Under the pieces are notes generated by a model, which was not told the DNA's origin, ran no database searches, and saw only the letters and a program-made list of their open reading frames with translations. A DNA stretch of 64,000 nucleotides from Minutocellus sp. GHC0000111 (Eukaryota), in assembly GCA_977018835.1 (NCBI GenBank), contig OZ361258.1, positions 4,898,001-4,962,000 of the forward strand. The letters are read 5' to 3'. Both the position numbers and the translations under genes were made by a program. How positions within the stretch are numbered: the stretch's first letter is position 1; each line of letters starts with the position of its first letter. Below, in pieces: positions 1 to 9,408 of this stretch.

Positions 1-1635
1 GGAATTTCGATGCATTCCACGAGTTCATAGGGTTTCAGATCAACCGTGCGATAGCGCAGGAAGAATTCCGACACCGACACCTTTCGACGGCTGACACTGC
101 CCTGACCATCGACCGATGTGAGCACCAGCTTGGCACCGAGGGCAGCCAACATGGGATTCATATCACTAATGGGACTTGCGGTGACCAGGTTGCCACCAAG
201 GCACGCCACATTGCGAATCTGGGAGGAAGCGAACCAACGGAGCATATTCTTGATGGGACTAGCAATTCGCTTCAGTGCCAGGGAGCTCTCAGCGTCCGCC
301 TCGACGGTTTCACATACATGCTGGAGGGTACTAAGCGGAGCACACGCACCAATTTGGATCGATTCCGACGTAAATGATACATCGTACAAGGATTCAATAG
401 AGTGCGATGGGTAGATGTACCGAAGATAAAAGGCCTGTTTGAACTTGGTCTCTGGTGAATGGTAGATGTCAGACCAAAAAGCGTAATGAATGAATTGTAG
501 TTGGTGAAATAATGAAGAAAAAAGGCATATTAGCTTTCAAAGGAACAGATTCTCAATTCGTAATTCGCACATCGTCTTAACTCGACTCACCAATTCCAAC
601 CTCGGTATTGCCAACGACAATCTTGCATCCACCCTGCTCGGCGTAGGTATACATCAAACCGAGCAATTCCTCCAACGTCGACGGTTTGAACCAAGTCCCA
701 CCCCGTGGCGCCGATTGGTCCATCACAACAAGGGCTGAGGACGAGGACATCAACTTGAGATCATCGGGAAACATTTGATTAGGCTGCTCCAACCAGTCAA
801 CGGGGGGTCCACCTTAGCCTTCTGTGGGGAGAGCTGATAGATAACTTGCCATCTTATCCTTCGAGGAGGTGCAGCACATCTTGTCGGTCTTGGAACCATC
901 ACATCCACCGCAGCATCCGTTACCATCCTCCAGCTTCTTTTCCTCCTCTTTGTCGCTACCCGCACCGCCTCCATCGGCCACGTTGCACTCCAGCGTGCAG
1001 GTGTCTCGCTCGGGACATTCCCGACAGGGCGTACCGCACGGACCAATGGGCTCACCAACCTCGGCCGTGGCGGCATCCGCGCAAACACTTCGGGCGGCAT
1101 CCCATATGGGTCGGTAGCCCGTGCATCGGCACAGATTGCCATCCAAGTGCTCCTCCACGTACTTGACCTCGGGTTTGTTGGCCAGGAGGGAATAGATCGC
1201 CACGATGATGCCCGGGGTGCAAAAGCCGCACTGCGAACCGTGCATGTCGACCATGGCCGACTGGAGGGGGTGGAGACCACCCCGAACAGACCCGATGCCC
1301 TCGATGGTCGTGACGTGGGTGGAATCGGCGGCCAGTACCGGCATAAGGCAGGCATTGGCATAGTGGAGAACTTTCTGCTGGGCGGAGTCCCACCTGGAGA
1401 TCATGACGGTGCAGGCTCCGCACCCGCCCTCGGCGCAGCCCAGCTTGGTACCGGTGAGGCCCAGGACATCACGCAAGTAGGAGAGCAGAGTTTGAGCTGG
1501 TCGGGCCTTGGCAGCCAAGTCATCGGAAATGCGCTTGCCATTGACGTAGAAGATTGGCGTGGTTCGGTATCCTTGGTTGGAGTTAATTGGGGAGGAGGGA
1601 TAGAAGAAGGACGCATGAGGATTACCGATTGACAT
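1..1635 (-). CDS. XDH: Xanthine dehydrogenase, 5' part (2Fe-2S and FAD domains); runs off the window; contains an in-frame TAA
   Basis: Fe-S motifs GTKLGCAEGGCGACTV, SQCGFCTPG and GNLCRCTGYRPI. FAD-domain motifs KIVVGNTEVGI|ETKFK and RWFASSQIRNVACLGGNLVTASPISD. Intron 452-590 (GTGAGT...CAG). In-frame TAA at 814-816 (PTEG*GGPPVDWLEQP). Alternative start at 1668. Confidence 0.92.
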
Positions 1636-2780
1636 GGATGAAGCACTTGATGCGAAAAGATGGCACATGATACGTTGGAAAGAGTGCAGAAAAAGAGAAG
1701 AGGCAACGACTCTTCTACTTCCATGTATAAACTCAGCGCCCTTTTTACGAGGCTTGAGCAACCTTTTCAATTCAATGATGCATCAATCCCAAGTAAGTTG
1801 AACCTGCCAGCACATTCTCATCTCGAATGGTGCAAGTTCCCTTCGGCGAAGGCGGCGAACCCAAACGTCTCTCAAATAAAGCTCCAGAACTCACCCTTCT
1901 TTTCGAAGGACGGCAGCGAGGCCACATCCTCGTTCTCATACGCGAGAGTAACCATGATTGCTTTGATGTATTGGTTGAAATTGCATCAACACGAACAAGC
2001 GGTGAAAGGGTATGGAGCAGAGCGTATCTTTTCGGCAACCTTCGTTTGATTTGTGAGAAGTTCTGCATGCGTCATTTGCAGGGGGACTTTCTCCCCAAAA
2101 GTGGATCTTTCAATTGCCCCAATAATATATTAGGGAAGATTTGTCCACTCGTGGGAGCGCCGATGGGTTCTCCACGACCTAAACAATGATGGATGATCCT
2201 TCTTTGAGCTCGCTCCTCGTGCACATTATAAGAAAATTGCTATTATCATTAGTTGCAGTGCGGAAAAAACTGTAGTGCCAGGCATGCTCCTGTCAGAAGA
2301 ACGGGGCTACCGAAGAAGAAATGAGAGGAGGACGAGAGAAGAAAAACTGGGTTTGGGGGAGGATGTGTGAGCAACAGATTGCTACCTTTTGAAGATGCGG
2401 ACGGCAGGGGCAGCTGCATTACCAACAAAATGGAACATCAAAAATAGGCGTCATGTGTGTTGCCTCGCCCTTTGACTCTGAGCGGCAGTTTTCGTGTGTG
2501 CACTTCTGAAGAGAGAGAGAGGTGTGTGTTTTCGTTCATTCGGTGAAAGAAAGATGCACCATGGATGAAGTCGGGATGGTCAACATGCGCCACAGAAAGG
2601 GAAAGCGAGAAGGTAGGCATCAATTCCACGGATAGCCTCTTGCTAAATACATGTAATAAAGCGATCGACGATCCATTCCTTTGCATGCTGATGTCGGCTT
2701 TGCTTGCGTCACTTTCAGGGGAACATTCCCCCAAAGGTTCTTTTAATTGCCCCCCTACTCGAAATGTCCAAAAACACCTC

Positions 2781-2815
2781 ACATCGTCAACTTCGATCGC
2801 CGAAGTTGACGATGT
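2781..2815. repeat. Perfect 15-bp inverted repeat (hairpin) upstream of the SOD-like gene
   Basis: ACATCGTCAACTTCG-atcgc-CGAAGTTGACGATGT. Confidence 0.9.
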
Positions 2816-2940
2816 TGCGTTTCTTTCCATGCAAAGTAGTCGATCAACTTTCAGTTTTCAATTTTTTCCAATGCACTTCTCGTATAGCAATACATTGTGC
2901 TTTAGAATTCAGTTTTAGTTCATCCGAATAATCATAAAGA

Positions 2941-3615
2941 ATGAAGATCAGTACTACCCTCCTCGCCGCCTGTGCCACGGTGCAAGCTGTTGATGCCGCC
3001 AAGCTTGGCCCGGCGGATCTTGCTTCTCGTCGGCGTGTGCTGAAAAAAAAAAAGCAAAAGAGGAACAAGATGCCAACGACTCCTACTACAAAAACAACCA
3101 AAAGTACGGGAGGTAGCATGACTACTAATAGAAGCAAGGGTAGCAAAAGCAGCAAGGGAAGTGGCATGTCGGCCGATTTGATTGCCTACATTGCTCCCTA
3201 TCCAATGGGAGGAATGACAGGGGGCAACGCGGCGGGAACCGAAACTGGAAAGGTCGAAATATCCATTGGTTACGGCAGAGACATGACGATCACGCTAGAC
3301 ATCCAAGGCGTCACCGCCGACTGTTCTGCCACCATGATGTATCCCGATGCCAATGCATGTGGAATTCACATCCACGAGGGAACCACCTGCAACACCGCTG
3401 ATTTCGTTGGCGATCACTTCTGGTCTCCTGCCAAGTTTGCGTCCGACCCATGGGAGACTGTACAGTATCATAGCACCGCGTCTGGGCGTTCTTCTTTTGA
3501 GATCACCTTGGATGGTGGCAACGGATACGGATTTGATATCAACCACGGCCATGCTTTTCTTATTCATGACACTACTGGAAAGCGAATTGGATGTGGTCTT
3601 CTCGAAATGGCGTAA
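2941..3615 (+). CDS. Secreted Cu/Zn superoxide dismutase-fold protein, Cu-only type
   Basis: Signal peptide and K/S/T-rich linker. Motifs CGIHIHEG, TC...GDHFW and AFLIHD...KRIGCG. Paralog at 25490-26077. Confidence 0.8.
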   Translation: MKISTTLLAACATVQAVDAAKLGPADLASRRRVLKKKKQKRNKMPTTPTTKTTKSTGGSMTTNRSKGSKSSKGSGMSADLIAYIAPYPMGGMTGGNAAGTETGKVEISIGYGRDMTITLDIQGVTADCSATMMYPDANACGIHIHEGTTCNTADFVGDHFWSPAKFASDPWETVQYHSTASGRSSFEITLDGGNGYGFDINHGHAFLIHDTTGKRIGCGLLEMA

Positions 3616-3754
3616 GTAAAGAAGGCTTCACTTTTCATTACGAACGAGGAAATAAACTCAAAGGAAATAGTTTGATTAATATAATGTACATGTGGTAAGA
3701 AAGTACTACGGTAAAAAATAATCTGCTAAATGCGTGCATCAACAACCGACAAGC

Positions 3755-4322
3755 TCATATCCTTGGAGACATATCCAATCTTCTGTACAAGTTGAGTTTT
3801 CCAACCTTTTCCGTGGCGCATCCGTCACAAAGTATCTGACCAGTGGCATCGGCGTACTGCTTTTCGGAGGCAAAGGGCAAAGCCTCAAACTTGCCTGTGC
3901 TGCTCAAATTAACAGGGGATCTTCTTGGGCTTTCGTCTCTGGGATCACTGACCATCGCCGGCGCTTCAGATGGGCTCATCTTTCTCTCTGCATCGTCGAT
4001 ATTATCCATTGAAACAATTTCAGCTGGCTTGCTCCGACCGACGGTCCTCGCGCATCTCCAGCACAGGTACTGGCCACAATTACCACTCTGACCTTTGCAT
4101 GTGCGCACAGCACCAAGTGGGTCACTAGATACAATGTGTTCACAATCCAGACAAACTCCGCGATTGCACGTGTCGCAATGGCGCAAGTTGTTTTCGGCGC
4201 ACCCGCCCATGCCCTTGCAAAGGCTAATGGCGCAGTAATCGCACTTTGCCGCAATCCTTCCAATATATGTTGCAGTCAAACGGTTTGGAAGTGCGTTCCC
4301 TCTTGCTCCTGGGTCCTGCGAC
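3755..4322 (-). pseudogene. 3' fragment of a Cys-rich (multiple CxxC) protein gene, 5' part missing
   Basis: Open frame with CDYC, CDTC, CLDC, CWRC and CDGC pairs. It is cut off upstream exactly by the inverted duplication at 4323. Confidence 0.5.
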
Positions 4323-5460
4323 AAGCTCAGTTTTGCTGTTACATACGGGCATGCTGCCCTCCTTGACAATTGGCGTCATGGGGGGCTCATGGATATCGAA
4401 ATCAACCTCACTGGCCAATGCCGGCATACAGTGTATGGTCTGAACGACAATCTCGGCTGTTGGGCCGGCCGACTGTTTTTGCATTGCGAGGGTCTGATGG
4501 GCGATTGCGATGCGAGGATCAACACTCTCCCGCGGACGACAACGCCTCTTTGAACGTTCTTCGAAAGGATCCACGAAAGGGTTTACATTTTCCCGCGGTT
4601 GACCTTGCCCACGCTTCTTTGCATTTGCTTCTCCTTTAGTAGCCTCGATTGAAATAGCCGCCGCATTTGCTTGGATATTTGGCGTCGATGTCGAAGTTGT
4701 TATGAGGCATCCACTTGCAAGTGCAGCATCTCTTGCTTCTTTCTTTGCCTTCTCGAATATCTGCAGGCGCAACGGATTGTTCGACGGAAGGATAGATCCT
4801 ACTAATTCGTTTCTGACGGTTTTATAGGCAGTTGATGCTGCTTCTGCCGTAGTAAAAGTTCCGATCGTCTTCTGGAGATATGATGCTGTCCAAGCCCCAG
4901 TGCTCGTTTGCTTGATTCCTCGGACCATTCCTCGGGCTCTCCTCCTGCTATTGTTTCCAGAATTGTCACGAGACGGGGCCTTGCCAGTGTGCATCTGGTC
5001 GCCCTCTGCAAGATCAAAATCCGCATCGCTACTCTTTCTTGTTTGGCGTGCCGGACGCTTTTTGCCAAATTCATCATTTCGTGCAACCTTTCCCTCCGCA
5101 GGAGCACCATACGCGGAGTGAATGCCCTGCAAAGAGGCCATTAGTTGTTTCAATGCTGGCGAGTCATTGAGGGCTTTGCTGTCGAGTTCCGTCGTACAAC
5201 CTGGAAGCAATTCAACTTGGCTCGTCGCTTTCTCGTCTCGCTCGGTAAAAGCTGCCGTGTTAGTTCCAAAAATCGATGTCGGTGTCGGTATCGTTGGAAG
5301 AGAATCGAGAATCCTAGGTCTGCACTCTACGAGGCAGCCACTGGCTAGCGCAGCTTCTCTTGCTTCTTTCCTTGCCTCTTCATATATCTCAAGAAGCTTT
5401 TGATCGCTTGAGGGCAGATCTGATCCTTCAATTTTGGCTCTGACACATTCGAAGGCTTTG
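4323..5460 (-). repeat. 1,138-bp inverted duplication of 11391-12528 (internal part of the AP2/DUF6824 gene)
   Basis: Mirror ORFs are identical and their coordinates sum to 16851 (e.g. 4370..4639 vs 12212..12481). Boundaries are ...CTGAGCTT at 12528/4323 and CAAAGCCTTC at 11391/5460. Confidence 0.95.
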
Positions 5461-8400
5461 CATCTTGTCCCAAGGACAAGATGCACTGCTCTCGTTGCTT
5501 TGTACTGATTTCTTCTTTCTTTGGTAATATAGAACACTTCCCAGGTCAAAAAGAAACACCACCCCCACAGCCCAATTCGACCACATGATGCCACCATGGT
5601 CGTCCACGCAATCGCCGTCTCCGATCTCCCACCGTGGTCGTTCCGTAACCGGGACCAACCCCTCGCCCAGTACCATACTGTGTACGCCCAACCGCCACCA
5701 TGATATCCTCGATGGCGACAATGCATGCAGCGGCAGCTCGCACCTGCCCGTGCAACAGCCACCACATCACCATCCGTCCACAACCATCACCGCTGGCCAC
5801 AAGCCGTCGTGCGGATGCCGTCGCCTTTCACCGAACAGAGCCGAGAACGACGATGATGTTCCTTGAGCGGCATTTAACTCGTGATTCGGTCTTGGCAAGA
5901 CCGACGAGTTCGTTTTGCGCTCAGCGCACTCGGTACTTTCATCACATGTCGTCTCATTTATTACTCAACGACACGCCAACGATCGAACCAAGCAACAACA
6001 CTTCTCTTTCCAAGGTGAGCATGTGAACATTCGTTTTTGTCATTGTTATTTTATGATTAATATGTTACTGCAAATATATTTGGTGGCATATCTCACATGT
6101 AAATATATTCGCCGTATCTTTTTCATTTTTCCAGCACATAATGGCGGCGTCGACCCTACCATCTCCCGTCGACTTCGGCGACTTTGATGCCGAGTCCGCC
6201 GACGAGGCTCTCTACGAATCAACGTATGTGATATCATCTCATTCTGACTATGCTGAGTACTTCGATCGAATCGACCCGGCCGATCCCTTCTCCCTTTCGG
6301 AAGAGCAAACTTTCTTCCTTGTTGATGAGCACTTCGAATACTGTCATGGTCCATCATCATCGAAGAAGCGACCTCCTTCTACATGGACTTTCGATGAGGA
6401 GGGCAAATCACCCACGGTCACATTCAACGAAGCATCCAGTGATCTTTGGCGTGGCGCTCAGGTGGAGCTAAATGCCATTCGCGATAACATCGTCAAGAAG
6501 GCCGGCCTATCATCCCTCAACGAATATGACCCCATCCGTCACTCCGTCCGTTTGTTCTTCGGTGAGAGCACTGCCATCGGCGACCTCCTCAAGTCATCTT
6601 TGGCGACATCAAGGAAGAAGGTGCTTCAATTCCTTGCTACATATGCCTTCTAGAAGCAGCACGGGAAGAGTGTGTCAAACATGTACCTCGCCAACTCCGG
6701 CCTTGACCTTGGTGGTCTTATGAACGAGGAGGAGCATCTCGCCTGTTGGAAAATTATTGACACCGACGGCAATTCACCCTGCCCACAGCGTAGAGGCCCA
6801 GTACCTCTCTGGCGACGATTCGAGAGCCGGCTGAATGAGACTCTTGTGGATTTGTATGTCTGCTTCCAAGGTCAGCTGGTTCTCGCCCTCGATGATGACA
6901 AGAGGAATGCTGAGCTCAAGGGGGACCGAGACCAGCAAGGTTTCAAGTCGGCTGTCCATGATGCGAAGAAGAGAGCGGGTGTTGTTGGGCATACGTGCGT
7001 ATCAATACACTCGGGGCTTACCTTTTCAGTTCAATGGGAGAGATTGGGCGATACTCCCCACATGTGCTACATGCGGTGCGTTGACTGCATCTTCGAACCG
7101 GACAAGAGGCTTGAGATCACAGTTGCATGATTTTTTCTACTTGCATCAGGGACAATTCAAGGAGAAATATCCCGGTAGGAGGGTTCCCAGCACCATCAGC
7201 GATCTCGTCTCTGCTCTGTCAGGTGAGGTTGAGGTCGCCGAGCCGGATCTGCCAACGGCCTCTACCTACGCCGAGGCCCTTGTGATGACGAATCACATGC
7301 CGCCGCTCCGGGGCGAGGCCAAGAAGCATGCGAAGATCGGCCACGAGATGGAGGAGAAATATGTTCAAGACTTGCTCAAGGTAGCCGACGATGGCATCAG
7401 CGTTGGAGGCAAAAAGCTTGAGGTCCTCCACGTTTTTCGTTGTGGTCTTCTGGAGAGCAAGGGTCGGCCGCATCAAAAAGATTCGCCGGATTTTGTGGCC
7501 ACAGTCAAGGTTGACGGCATTCTTTGCGTTGCAGCTATGGAGATGAAGTGCCGGTGTGCCAACGCTACAGCTTCGAAGGAGAGGGAAAGGATCAGCAGCC
7601 AAGGCAAGTTCTCTTACGCTAGCTGCCGATCTCGGGACCTTCGTCGTCACCTGCAGAGTCGCTCTGAGGCGGTGCAGTGCCTTCATCATGCCGCTACTTT
7701 GGGCGTAGACTTCGTCATTTTTGTTACCGGCGACACCATCGGCCTTACCAGTGGCATCCTCATCGAACATGATGAGCAGCTCCGATCGTCGTACAACAAA
7801 TGCATCGACGACATTTACGAGGCGGCTCTTAAGTGGGCGCACGATCCATCTGTGCCCGTCCCCGAGGAGGAGATCAAGGCGGCAGTTCGCAAGGCTCGGG
7901 TAAAGATTGACTGCTCTTCGTTTATGAAATCGGTGTACGTCTGGAGGGAAATGACGAAGATGGAGAATTTGCCTTTGCCTCCAGCCATCCGAATTACACC
8001 GATGCAGTGCCAGCATTGGAACTACACCAAGTGGGGTTCCGACCAGAAGACCCAAGCCGCGGAAGGACATCGGGCGGTGCTGCCGTATGATTCGCGCCAG
8101 AGCAAGGTTATCGACCGAATGCTGATGCTGATTCTGTCTGACATTCATTCCCTTGCCAAGCTCACTTCGGCCAAGAAGGATCTCTCCTTCTACTCCAGCC
8201 TCCATGGATGCCGCGATGCCGGGAGTCAGCGGTGCTTGCTGGAGAAAATATTGATAGAGATTCGACTGGCACTTCTGGCGATGATAGATGAGTTGGGAGG
8301 CATTGAGGACGATGCTAGCTGTGTCTGATGACGAGGTGTCGGTGCCGATGGCTCCTTCACCGCAGGTGGTGGGCATTGACGTATTGCAGTACCACGGCAC

Positions 8401-9340
8401 TACTCCCAGGCGGAATGTCAAGCGACGATACGATGATCCTCGCAACGTGGATGACGAGGCCGCGCTTCGATTCAAGGCTTGTCGAGGCATTCCAATCGAT
8501 CGAGTGTCGGAGGATTTGAATCACAGAAAGACTGGTGCTCGAGGTGCTTGCATGCTGTGCAAGGCTGTTACGAATTGGTGGTGTGCCGGCTGTCACTCCT
8601 GGGTTTGCCACGGTGGAGGCAGCGAAGTGGATGAAGCAGCAGCAAGCAGCACTTCTCCTCGGATTCGCAGATTCGTCCGGGATGTAAAGGAGTGCGTTGC
8701 ATCCATCGGAGGGAGAAGAAAGAAGCAAAAGGCTGTGGTTACCGCCGTGCATTCTTGCTTTATTCAATCGCACCCTAATTTCTTGAACTGCAAGCTCTGC
8801 AGCGTTGTTGGTGATCAGGAAACAGAATAGTTTTTTTTATTTAGTAATGCGCGTACCTCAATGTTGTCAAACTACCTGCTTTACGTAGATTTCAGTACAG
8901 TTTTTTGAGATCTGTCTATCTTGTCTCTAAGACAAGATCGGGATTAACTTGTCTTAGAGACGGGAATAACTCAGCCGCGTTAGGGAAAATTCCGTCGGAA
9001 AGTTTTGGCGAAGTTTTTTTCCGACTTCGCCAAAATTTTCCTTGCTGTTTTGAACACTTTCACGTGAAAATCTTCCGCCGGAAAAAAATCCTCGCCCTTT
9101 TCTTCCGCGGAAAAAGAAATCTATCCGCCGGAAAAAATAAAGTAAAAAAGGATTCCGTGTTGCGATGACAAACTTCGCCGATCGAGATTTTTTTCCGACG
9201 CGATCGCAATGCAGGAGACGGTCACTTCTTTGGGTGAAAAAGCGCTTTTGAGAATCCATGACGTAATAAAGAAAGCCGAAGAAAGCCTGCCAGCCCGTGC
9301 GAAAAATTAGGCAAAACTGCACTTTGCTTTCCATTCCGCT
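5461..9340 (+). mobile_element. Degenerate piggyBac-like DNA transposon carrying a YqaJ-like exonuclease domain; ends approximate
   Basis: Transposase relic at 6141-8830. Related hairpins ATCTTGTC-n5-GACAAGAT at ~5462 and ~8918, the latter followed by CGGGA-TTAA. Subterminal palindromes and repeats at 8920-9140. The right end lies either near 8944 or near 9340. Confidence 0.7.
6141..8830 (+). pseudogene. piggyBac-like DDD transposase with nested YqaJ/lambda-exonuclease domain and C-terminal Cys-rich finger
   Basis: First catalytic Asp region LVLALDDDK. PD-(D/E)xK motifs GHEMEE, CGLLES...DSPD, EMKCR and QCLHHA. Third Asp region ITP...WNYTKWGSDQKTQ. Finger CMLC..WWCAGCHSWVC..CFIQSH. Lesions: TAG at 6651, frameshift/deletion ~7125, frameshift ~8320. 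Confidence 0.75.
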
Positions 9341-9408
9341 ACTCTACTGTCGTAGCTAGAGTATCTCCACCATGACTACTCGTACCGCCAGTAACACTGT
9401 CTCGTAGC

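Noticed and set aside
814..816. Stop-codon reassignment or selenocysteine read-through explaining the in-frame stops (eEFSec is in the window)
   Set aside because: The stops are TAA/TAG rather than TGA, and intact genes here terminate normally with TAA, TAG and TGA.
7219..8490. 423-aa minus-strand ORF inside the transposon as a second element gene
   Set aside because: Antisense to the YqaJ/transposase frame, with no recognisable motifs.
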